From the NCBI GenBank assembly GCA_000934665.2, contig JYFJ02003095.1:1-46485 (forward strand): a DNA stretch of 46,485 nucleotides. Reading direction: 5' to 3'. The notes beneath the pieces were generated by a model, which saw only the letters and a program-made list of their open reading frames with translations, did no database searches and was not told the origin of the DNA. The stretch is from Catajapyx aquilonaris. Its lineage: Eukaryota. Numbering within the stretch: the stretch's first letter is position 1; each line of letters starts with the position of its first letter. The translations under genes were made by a program, and so were the position numbers. Shown one piece after another: positions 36,431 through 46,485 of this stretch.

Positions 36431-37702
36431 CTGAAAGAGAACACGAGTATAGGTGAATAATGCTTGAATATATTCGTAGCCAGAACCCTGAGGGTATTAT
36501 AATATACATCAGGGAATGCAGGTGATCTCCAATTTTCTTCAATATGTCATCCGACACTCCGGTGGAGTCCGTGAGGCTAAGCACCTCCAGTCTTGTGAAG
36601 GAGGAGAGGGACGTGAAACTTTCCTCACATATGTTGTTCCCCTGTAGCTCTAAGACCGTGAGGAACTGCAAAAATAACAACAGATTAGGCCACAAGGACA
36701 TTGGGTTTCTTCATTATAGTTACCTGGCAGTGAGTCGATGCCCAGTCCAGGACAGTTCGGATCGGTACTTCCCATCTTTGCTCGCGATTTGTAATCGATC
36801 TTGTTGGTTGCACTAGTAAATACTGGAAATGGGTAAGAGTCAGGCCAATTCCCCAATTTCCGAGTACTTCGAAGATGTCCTCCACTACATTTGAAGCTGG
36901 AAGCATTCTCAAGATTAATTGCATGGATAAAAAAAAATTGCATGGATAGTGTGGTCAAAACGTTGGAAAAAAATAAGACTACGTTGCACCATTACAGTCA
37001 TATCCTCAAACTCGGATTTGGATTGTTATTGTCAGGTTATTGTTATGTTCATTGTTGTTGACCATGACAAGGAAAAGCCAGGGTTTGTGGCTATGCATGT
37101 AATGGTGCAATGCAGCCTAATATAAAAACACTGTTCCTAATTTTGTGGAAGGGAGAAAAAAGGAGCCAATTGGAAAAGAAGGATGCAGCTATAAACTGAC
37201 TCCCGTAGGTGACCAATTCAGTGTCAGCAGTCGTTGGCAATAATAATTTACCTTACAGCAGCGCACATTATTTAGCTATCAGATAACATGTCAGTAACGA
37301 AGGTTAAAAAATAATTTCTTTGATTCCGCTTGGCTTTTTTTTTTAGAAATAGGGAAATGGCCACCATAATTTTAAAAATTGAAATATTTGGTCCTCTCAC
37401 TTGCAAAATGGTCGCCATATTAAATCAAAAAGGACCATTTTTGTGGCGTTCCTTCTGAAATCAATATAGAAGTCCTAACAAACTTCCGTGCAAGGATTCA
37501 AACCTATTGTGATCATCACGGACATTGTCAGGTCAGAGTAACAAAAACTATTATTTTCCTGGATGCATAGCAAAGTTTACTTACGCATGTATGCGATGGG
37601 ACTCGTTCCACCATATTCGCCCCAGTCCAAGAGTAGCTGGTAGCAAATCTCCAACACGCATGCCTCTTTCAGAGCGAAAGGCGTAGTGCGTTTAGCAGAC
37701 AT
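35602..37702 (-). CDS. Gene B: about 425-aa LRR protein (AMN1/FBXL-type cysteine-containing repeats) with N-terminal BC-box and Cul2-box; complement(join(35602..36430,36508..36665,36724..36896,37585..37702))
   Basis: Exons of 118+173+158+829 = 1278 nt stay in frame. Donors GTAAGT, GTAACT, GTATAT; acceptors CTTCCAG, TTTTTGCAG, CTTTCAG. LRRs include LEVLSLTDSTGVSDDIL, LITLTLTGCQNVTDGGL, LKNLSLEGTRVG, LKFLKLSG and CTRLQTLTIEG. Confidence 0.88.
36508..36665 (-). CDS. Gene B exon 3
   Basis: FLTVLELQGNNICEESFTSLSSFTRLEVLSLTDSTGVSDDILKKIGDHLHSL; donor is weak (AT|GTATAT). Confidence 0.85.
36724..36896 (-). CDS. Gene B exon 2
   Basis: PSNVVEDIFEVLGNW...VLDWASTHCQ; CAG|GTAACT donor and 58-bp intron. 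Confidence 0.85.
36977..37117. mobile_element. PIF/Harbinger (Tourist-like) MITE in gene B intron 1
   Basis: TAA on both sides; imperfect TIRs GACTACGTTGCACCATTACA / TGTAATGGTGCAATGCAGCC. Confidence 0.7.
37585..37702 (-). CDS. Gene B first coding exon (absent from the ORF track)
   Basis: MSAKRTTPFALKEACVLEICYQLLLDWGEYGGTSPIAYM followed by GTAAGT; phase 1 matches exon 2. Confidence 0.8.
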
Positions 37703-39922
37703 GATGCGCCTGTTCACCGACAACTATATAGGCCTACTGCAAACTGTAATGAAAACTGTAGACTAATGACTGTATGAGTTACAATAGAGTTAGTATTAGT
37801 GTTTAGCTGTAGCAAGCTATTTACTTTGAATTCAATTTGATGTCACAGTCTGAAGAAAGAGATTATCCAGTGCAGATACGAGCATGTAGGTACTTGGAAA
37901 GACAAGTAGCCCACGTCATTTAGACCCCATGTTAAAATTATGTTGTATTAGTTATGTAGGATAATATTGCTACCATACATGTCTGTACATGCTAGCCTAT
38001 CCAGCAAGTAAACAATCGAAGAGATTTGAATGTGACATCTCGGTACATTACATACAACTATATATACAAATTAATTAAAAAAACAGTTACTATTTCCTAA
38101 GATACCAAGATACCATAGAGGTAGTCAGTTCAAAAGCTTTTAAGATTGTGTCTGATGAAGGAAGAAGTAAACCTGCAAAATGTGACCCGATGTTTTCATT
38201 TTGAGTGCTCTCAAACTGAGATGAATCGAGCACCTTCCTTTCTGAGATACAAAACTAATATTGACTGTACTACTAATTTAGCCTGAGGCATGAACCCACA
38301 ACCAAAGCAATTATCGCCAGAAAGTTTTCAGGTGGAGGGATCCCTAGCAGTTCTTTTCCTGTCAAATAGAAAGTCCACATCACGATCATTACTTTCTGTA
38401 TGAACGTAATTTTTCAATCTGTATTTTCGGTGCACCTTATATACGTACGATATGCGCCTGTTATGTAACTTAGCCCCAATACTAAATTTGTAAAATAATT
38501 GCATATGTATTACTGCAATATTAATATATTCAGAGCCAGTAAGGTTGAAAAATAATTGTCTTAATTATGCCTCTACCAACAATACCAATTAGAACACCCT
38601 GACTGGCTCTCCACATATAAGCCCACTAACACATGTTCCGATCCTGACTTGACCTTTCAGTTGGGACCTTTTACAGAACAGTCGACAAAAGGCATTCTGG
38701 TGCAGGTTTCTCGGTGGCGGAGTGAGAGTTGCGGACGCGCTTCCTGCGTGTGCAGCCACCGCGAAAAGAGATCCTTCGTCACTGTCACCCACCCCTACCC
38801 CCTTTACTGGTCTCAATTCACACTAACTTGTATAACTCAGAAATTCAAGCCCGGCTCCTGCACATTACGCACCCTCTTTGTGCCTCCTATCGAGTAGCGA
38901 AAACTATTTGACAAATAGTCACACCCAGGTTGTTGATGCGATGTTTGTCCAAAATTTAAGAATTATGGTCTGCATTAGTGCATATAAGTTGCTTATTGTA
39001 AGGACTCTACTGCGACCTAATGTAATCTCTAAATATGATAATCACTGTATTTTCTATTTAACTTTAAATTGATCTAGTGTCTCCGACGCCACAACCTAAA
39101 AACCAATAATCATTTATTAGTGACGCGTTGGACGGGTTTGAAAAGAAATCGTTATGCCATCTGATTGCCAGTGGGTGGTGAGGTTTATGGCGAAGACAAT
39201 AGGTATGGTGGTGTGTATACTCGAGCAGGGCGGCAGCCAGAGATGCAGCTAGCTAGCAGTGGTAGGCAAACAATGGTGCATTGTTCCCTGGTGCAAGCAG
39301 CACTGGACTGGAGCGACACAAGACGGGCGATAAATGAGCCTCAGCGGAGAAACAAAGAGGCAGCCGTCAACCAGTTTCGGCTGATGAGCGATTAATTAGC
39401 GGCCTACATGGGCATGGGACAGCCCACCACCCGCCACCACCCAACCCTCCCTCTAGGCTCGGCTGCCAGGGGGACACTTCAAAACATTCCCTACTTTTTA
39501 CTTGGCTCTAATTCTTGCCCTACTGGTCAGAACATGTTCCAGCCAAATACCAAGTTTGATTAGGTGTGTCTGACCAAAGAGTGAGTCTATATGCAAAATA
39601 TTATTGATTTCCTCATCAAAGCCAGATTTCCTGCACAAGGTGGTTCAAGTTCACTTAGGCACCACCTTGTGATTTGCTTTGTATCGGAGCAGGTTCCCCT
39701 TACCTATGAAGAGGATTCTCAAGTTCAAACTATATATCTTGCGATACCACGTGTATTAGACAGAGAAGTTAATTACTGCCGTTCTAACCAATAATTCTGC
39801 GGATTGAATACGACGCGCCTCAACCCCAGCCAACAGTTGGTAGATCACTTGGCTATTCATTACCAGCCGCTAAGCACTGTCTCCTACCCCATTATCTCAC
39901 CCACCCTTGGCAGTCGCACGTC

Positions 39923-40004
<82 letters not shown>
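39923..40004. repeat. (TAA)n microsatellite, about 27 units
   Basis: Read directly; source of the poly-N and poly-I ORFs. Confidence 0.98.
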
Positions 40005-40030
40005 CCAGCTGGCTGGAATATTGGCGGTTT

Positions 40031-40316
40031 TAATTAATTTTTTTTTCATTTACCCCGTGATAGGGTGGAGCCCTTTTAGGGGGGAAGGGGAGGTTCCCGA
40101 GGGAGGGCGCTGTAATTATAGCCATTTCTGACTTTATGAAATACACCAGACCTTTTCTCCTGGCCATGGGCAGAGTAGGGGGTGCAATTCTGCCCCGGCA
40201 TGTCGGGTGAAAAGCGGAAAAGGACCCTGCCAAGCAGAGGTGACGGGGACGGGATTTGAACCCCGGCCTCCCACTTGGCTGGCCAGGGGCGTAACCACCA
40301 GACCACCATGCCTCCC
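40031..40316 (-). mobile_element. tRNA-derived SINE (family 3), A-rich tail
   Basis: Minus-strand head GGGAGGCATGGTGGTCTGGTGG...GGTTCAAATCCC; TSD core TGGCGGTTT at 40022-40030 and 40321-40329. Confidence 0.88.
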
Positions 40317-43300
40317 TATATGGCGGTTTAAAGTTATTTACAACACAAATGAGATTTTTCTGCTCTATTGCCAGTGAACCCCCATTTAGTCTTAAAAGTT
40401 CATAATGAGCCAGCAAGCAGAATTTTCTGTATTCACCAGCATGCAAGCAAGTAGTGAAATATTTGCTTTGTATTACCTCCAAACTGGTTTTTTGGTCTTG
40501 TGAATTTTTCATGTACGCCTATGATATATGACGACAGCATGTGTGTCCCACTAATGTCATTTGTTCTCTTTTAAAAAATTAAAACTGAACACCCCCTATT
40601 AATATCCACCACGAAAAAATAAACACAGAGAACCACCACCCTGATTCTGCATGACTGACACCACAGCATTGTGTGTAACTTTTAGTACCACCAGTTCCGA
40701 CGCCTAATATGCAGATGAGATAATAATTTGGCAATGCAATGATGAAAAACCGTCTCCCAGAATAGGGTTTGCGAGATAGAAAATCCGCCGGCCACTCGAC
40801 CAAGCTCTGGAAATATGAGCGAATCTGCTTGAAGAGTGGGAAAAGTGGAGATTAGCATCGAGCCCGAGCCCCCTGCAGGGTCGCAGCAAATTATTTGCCG
40901 ATGACTGCCTTATTCATGTCCCACTGTATTGCAGATTGAAAAACGGGCAGAAAGAGAGCTCATTAGGAGGCGTATTTTCAAGCAGCCGCCTTGTGCAGGG
41001 GGGACTAAAATTAGAATGACAAATTAATGTCATTAGCTTACCGTGTCTAGACGGTGAAATTTAGGAGGCGGTAGGGGGTAGATGGTGGGGGGTATGGAAG
41101 CTTAGGCGCGTACGCACTAAAGTAGGAAATGGGAAAAGCAGCGCAGAGCTCATTCCGCCCAATCTATCGTCCGGCTCTTCACACCCGACACCTATGGCCA
41201 TCTAGGGATTGCATACGCTGCCACGAATCTCATCATCATGAGAGGCAACCGGAATAAAACTTGGCCTATTCGGCCTGCTACCCACGCTTATTCTCACCTT
41301 TACCGGATTTGTCGGAGTTCAGAAATCTTGCGCCATTATGATAAAACTTGGATGAGGGGGACCTCCATTTTGTTTGTCTCCGCCAGGCGCGTCCCGAAGG
41401 ATGGGGAATTAAACAGGTTTGCATTAGTTGATTATTTTCAGGCCTTCAATCTGGGAATGCTCAAGTTTCTCAGGTAGGAGAGAATGGCGGGGAGTGCGTG
41501 ATGAACGGCTGGGGCTTGAAGAGACCTGCCGTATTTACGGCCCACTCAGGACCATAAAATACGGCAAGCACATCTCGTCTTTCAGGCGAATTAGTTGTCC
41601 ATAGGCCGTCGTGAGGGTGCACTTTATCCCTCGCCACAAAGACATATAGAGCCCGCAGGCAGAGCTCAATTTTTTTCTTCTTTACCTTTCTTTAGCTTGT
41701 TCCCAGCTTATTATGAAAGTAGGAGAAAGAGAAAATCTGGGAGTCTGCAAAGGAGAGTCCCTTAGGAGGACAGGAATTGGCCGCAGCATCTCGTGCTGGA
41801 CCGCAGGTAATTAGCCAGAATATTCATTCCCTATATGTATTTTCCAAGCTAGTAAGCTCGCAGCCTGTGTTGCGGCTACAATGTATTTCGCAACATGCGG
41901 AGCAGAGTTCGATATTTCCTGGCAGGGTTTTGTTCCGGGGGACCAGGTTTCACGGAGGGGGGTATTATATGTATATCTGAGCCACTTGCCTATGATATTG
42001 TATAATTACATACTTTCCAGGCACTCTGCAGCGGCCGTTGCACCAAATAATTAGCTAGTGCGCAATAATAATATTTGTGGGGCTTTTGGTGTCGCATGAT
42101 AACCTCTTCATAATGTCAGCTGCAGCTCTATACTCAGGACCTTCTACAGTGCAGGCCCTGAGAGCTTTGAGTCTTAGAGCTGCCATACTATACTGCGCTA
42201 AGGAACTGTTTAAATAATGTGCATGAACGTTGATAAATTCGCACTATCATTATAACATAATAGGTGGAAGGATTTGGCGCTTCCAGATCATGTAACCAGT
42301 AGGGTTTCCATGTCTCACAACGATAATTGCATTCTTAATCTGCCGGAGCCAAGAGGGATATTCATGGGGTTCTATCGCGTTGTTGCCTGGCCGAAACGAC
42401 GTGCGAGGTGATATTGTGCCCCTTCCTTCCTCTCGCAAACGCCGTGTCAATGTCCAGTTTCAAGCCTGAGATTAAAGTGGAATGGACATGGCGAGGGTCT
42501 ATTTTGGCATCGATGCCAGCCTTGCACGTCTTCTGGCAAGTGCTGGATGGTACATGGGCAGTTTGCCCTGACATTCTTAATCTAGTTAACTCAATAATCT
42601 GATCAAGTGCGGCGGTGGTGACAAGCCCAGCCAAGCGTGTTCCAGGAAAATACTGCTGTGGCCGAGGCGTCCGACATTCGAAGATTTTTGTACAAGATTC
42701 AGTGAATCACCTGATTCATTGATTCTGACAGTGATTCACTGATTCAAACACTGATTCGCTAATTCAGGAGTGATTCACCGATGCATCTTTTGTTTCTCTT
42801 ATTACACGTCTGTGGAGGGTCAGACAATTTGGTAAATCATCTCTTATGTTTTCAAGGTGAATTTGGTGGATTATCTGAATCCCTGGTGAATCTTAGTTGA
42901 TATCCGACATTTCTATCCGTTTTTATCAGATTCTCCGACCTCTCGCATGTCTATATCCCAGTCTTTCCTTTGTTTGTACTTTACAATGATGGACTGTAGT
43001 ATTCTGAATTAGGCCTACTTAAGTCTGCACTGATGAACCCAAAGAAAACCCGAAAGAACTATCGCAAGCCGATATGTGTCACATCATTTTCTGAAACCAA
43101 ATATATTATTTTATGAAACTACACAAATATGAAGTCGTATGGTAGCGATAGTAGCGTATAATAATAATTGTGAAAAAATATTGCTATACACTATAAGTCT
43201 ATATCAAGATAATACAGTGATGCCCAGAAATTTAGGACCACCCCATCCCGAAGTTTTCAATTTTTCAGGCTTAAAGTATACAGTACGAATTGAAAGTGGA

Positions 43301-43513
43301 AGGCACCCTTAAAAGAATTGTTTAAAACCCTACAAAAAAAGAGGAACGGTCAAGGTGCCACGAAAACGATATACAGTACGGTAAATGTAGGATTTCGCAC
43401 AGCCCGCGCCCCTCCTCTTCCTCCTCCACCCCCTTTCTTTCTCTGTCTTGCGCTCTGGCCTTCTGCGCCTATGACGTCACTTCCATCATGTAAGCCATTA
43501 ATCTGCGGATAAT

Positions 43514-43631
43514 GAGAGAACGATCTGACGTCATCAAGGTTTCCATGGAAATACCCTCACAGAACAATATGAGTAAACAGTGTCAACAAAAAGCAACAAT
43601 GGAAGAAACGATGACGTCAGATCGTTCTCTC
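43514..43631. repeat. 22-bp perfect inverted repeat containing TGACGTCA, probable MITE core
   Basis: GAGAGAACGATCTGACGTCATC (43514-43535) and GATGACGTCAGATCGTTCTCTC (43610-43631). Confidence 0.85.
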
Positions 43632-44007
43632 CTTTTCTGTACTTATATCGTATCGGTTTTTCTCGAGTATCAATTTTGTTTTGAGGTTCACAGTGGTTCC
43701 CAGACTCCGATACGCTGCTTTCAGGTGATCATAATATCGATGTACTCATCGATATGAGTGCATCGATTATTCTGTAATATGGCCGTATGCCGTATGCCGT
43801 ATATGCCGGCGTGAGCAAGATGTATCTCCCTATATCTTGGGCGTGAGGCATCGTGTCGGCTCATCGGATGGTGCCTGGTAGCAGGAGGACTGCACTGGTT
43901 GGTGACGAGTCCTTGGGCCAGTACCGGCAAGCATCTCCTCCCGGCCCCTACTAGTTGAGGATGAGGAGCAGCCCACGGACACTACCCCTTATCTTCTGGG
44001 CTTATCA

Positions 44008-44286
44008 CCTGCCGAGGGATTACGCACCGGGTGCTCCCTTGAGAGCGCCACGAGACATTTCCCAAGGCTATCATGTGGCGACCCTACCGGACTAAGGATG
44101 AACTTTATAGGTACGAAAGGGGAGGGCTACATTGGGGGGCCCAACATGGCCGCCGGCGGCCATGTTGGGCCCCCCTTTCGTACCTATAAAGTTCAGCCTT
44201 AGTCCGGTAGGGTCGCCACATGATAGCCTTGGGAAATGTCTTGTGGCGCTCTCAAGGGAGCACCCGGTGCGTAATCCTTCGGCAGG
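44008..44286. repeat. 279-bp near-perfect palindrome with no spacer
   Basis: Centre between 44154 and 44155 (CCAACATGGCCGCC|GGCGGCCATGTTGG); 132 paired positions, 3 mismatches and one 15-nt bulge (44119-44133). Confidence 0.97.
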
Positions 44287-44348
44287 GGGTGGGTGGGGAG
44301 TGACCTAACCTGAGTCTTCTACAGCCGTGATGAGGAGGCATCATCCTG

Positions 44349-44498
44349 CGATGCAGCACGTGCAAGGTTTGTAGCTCGAGGGGTTATTCATTAAAGGTAG
44401 TCCGTGTACCTTCGCGGGTAGTCCGGGGTAGCCCGGGTAGTCCGTGTACGTAATAAATGTAAGTGAATAATCCCTCGTTGTAGCTGCATGCTGCGTCG
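44349..44498. repeat. Degenerate fold-back element with internal GGTAGTCCG repeats
   Basis: CGATGCAGCA..CGAGGGGTTATTCA pairs with TGAATAATCCCTCG..TGCTGCGTCG. Confidence 0.65.
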
Positions 44499-44538
44499 TA
44501 CGTAGGACTGCCCCTAGGCACTGCTAAGAGTGCTAACT

Positions 44539-44781
44539 GGACGGTGTTATGCAATAATGAGTCAACCCACATGAGAACAGTTTTGAGAAAAAGAGCTTTG
44601 AAAGTCATACCTGTGAAATTAATTCAATGTTCTTTTCGGTCATTTATGGCAGAAGTATGCAGATTTCACCTGTGTGATTTTAGCTGAATGAAGTGGGATC
44701 CTTTAGGTATAATTATTTCCCTGGACCTAGCTCAATTGTGACATTTTTTGTGGGTTGACCCATTATTGCATAACACCGTCC
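44539..44781. mobile_element. 243-bp MITE with 4-bp TSD (Sola-like)
   Basis: 33-bp TIR GGACGGTGTTATGCAATAATG(A/G)GTCAACCCACA with 1 mismatch; AACT on both sides (44535-44538, 44782-44785). Confidence 0.85.
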
Positions 44782-45072
44782 AACTGTGAGTCATAACAGC
44801 TCAATGTTGATATATAGTCACGGCTTGTTGAAACTTGTGGCTTGATGCATTCCATGAGGTAGTTCTTTTCTTGTTGTTGGTGAATATTGGTTGAAAATTA
44901 GGTGAAAGGTTGATATGTTAATGTCCCAGAGTGGTAGGCTGGGTTGTTGAGGAGGGGGTTCCAGGGTGGACAGTTAATGTAACAGTTCACCACTGAGATA
45001 AAGGTGATTTAATACAGGGCAGTCAATTTCATCTCTGGGATGTAAAAATTACATCAACAACCACACAGTTGC

Positions 45073-45378
45073 CATATTACCTCATTTAAAGCAGCATGCC
45101 GGTGTAGTCGAGGTCGACCAGTTTTTAGAAATTATGCATCATCTGGTGGCTATACTGATTCGTCATATCTTCCTTGCTGCTATTATTATTAACTCAGGTA
45201 CCTACCAGTGTGCTTCTCACATGTACACTCGCCCATTTGTCACCATAACATTATTTTAGAACGATACCAGAAGCATTCCAAAATATTTGACAACTGTGAT
45301 GGAAATCTATCTCAGTTATTGCAGCATGCCGGCCACCCCCAGGTTATACTGCCATGCCGATTTAAGTGAGGTAATGTG
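45073..45378. mobile_element. Degenerate MITE, superfamily unclear
   Basis: CATATTACCTCATTTAAAGCAGCATG versus reverse-complemented right end CACATTACCTCACTTAAATCGGCATG; no TSD seen. Confidence 0.6.
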
Positions 45379-45847
45379 ATATTTGTTATTTAGCAGGACA
45401 TTAATTTTAATGTTGCACCTGAGGTGATGCACAAACCTGCAGACAGTATTAAAATTTATTCGAAAATTTTGACCACTGAAAGTGTAGATTGATTATTATA
45501 AGACATTTTACTGATACCTACAGTAAATGTAAATCAAATAGAAATGTTATATTTTAGTGATTAATTTATAGCATTAACATTAACACAGCATTAACCAGCA
45601 GTTTCGCATTGATGAAAATGACTCATTGAATCCCCTAATTCAACGAGTCATTTTCATCAATGCGAATCTGCTGATTTTGTATGGCAACCAAAGAGGACAC
45701 TCTTTCACAACAGGCACTTTGAGTGTCGCACAGGTGAGAATGGCAGAAAGTGATAGCTCCCTAGGGAAAATCTATGGTGTTAAGTCAAACAGTGTCCTGA
45801 AATGCCTTCCATTTGTCCATGTCACTGATAATTATATTACCCGTGGA

Positions 45848-46140
45848 ACCGAAGCAGTAGTGGTGTAGTGGTAAGGTGTCCGACTTCTAATCGGGAGGTC
45901 CTGGGTTCGAATCCCGGAGGCCGGCGACCCTGACCATGGTTTTCTGTGGTTTCCCATGGTCCTTGCAGGATAATTCCGGGGTCGTTACCGTAATATAGGC
46001 CACAGCCGCTTCCTTACTTCCCTTTCCCTGCTTCATTCCGAAGATGAGAAAAATAGTAAAAAATGGAAGAGTTCCAGACAAAAAAAATTTGGGAGAAATC
46101 CCCCCCTAGGAAGACCCGTAGGCTGATAATGGGGTATCAA

Positions 46141-46205
<65 letters not shown>
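45848..46205 (+). mobile_element. tRNA-derived SINE (family 4) with Lm1-like central domain and (ATT)n tail
   Basis: A box TGGTGTAGTGG, B box GGTTCGAATCCC, (ATT)n tail at about 46141-46210, 13-bp TSD TATTACCCGTGGA at 45835-45847 and 46206-46218. Confidence 0.93.
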
Positions 46206-46212
<7 letters not shown>

Positions 46213-46485
46213 CGTGGACATAATATTATTCCATGACCTTTTTGAGGGAGTTGTGAATTGGTGCTCAGAAAGCTAAGCAAGGATAAAATATGTGATGTGG
46301 CTACATTAAATATTTGCATATCCACATTCCAGTACAGTCCATTGGACACGTGCCACAAACCAAAATGTCCTGCCACAAAACGATAGGCCTATACAGGGTG
46401 TATCTGAACTCAGTGCCCCGACGTATATGACTGCCTTCCTAGCCACCAGAGGATCGATTTAAGTATAGGAGTCATATGTCTGGGC

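Noticed and set aside
38148..38190. CTGATGA-AGG...CCT-GCAAAA hammerhead-like string
   Set aside because: GAAA box is disrupted and there is no stem I or III
39804..40131. Poly-Asn and poly-Ile ORFs (also 46033-46376)
   Set aside because: Translations of (AAT)n microsatellites
45848..45920. tRNA genes here and at 1197, 8676 and 40316
   Set aside because: A and B boxes are present, but there is no clean cloverleaf or oligo-T terminator. Each continues into a SINE body, three of them with tail and TSD.

Overview
Eukaryotic (animal, most likely arthropod) nuclear DNA, not prokaryotic: GT-AG introns, tRNA-derived SINEs with target-site duplications (TSDs), (AAT)n microsatellites and many MITEs. 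Most ORFs in the supplied track look spurious. Two spliced minus-strand genes can be built by hand. Gene A (CDS 2037-1884, 844-662, 595-<1) is an unrecognised protein running off the left edge. Gene B (37702-37585, 36896-36724, 36665-36508, 36430-35602; about 425 aa) is a leucine-rich-repeat protein with an N-terminal BC-box plus Cullin-2 box, so a probable Elongin BC/CUL2 E3 substrate receptor. A decayed plus-strand spliced gene lies at about 5650-6510. About 28 kb between the genes has no convincing exons and looks like regulatory or intergenic DNA with scattered repeats. The most unusual items are a 279-bp spacer-less palindrome (44008-44286) within a 1.9-kb cluster of five fold-back elements, a 25-bp minisatellite attached to a HINE/DINE-1-like element, and a highly structured (CCAA)-tailed retroposon nested in a SINE. 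I found no CRISPR array, rRNA, true tRNA gene or intact transposase, and I cannot claim a new biological system. Family assignments are from motif recall and manual alignment, not from database searches.
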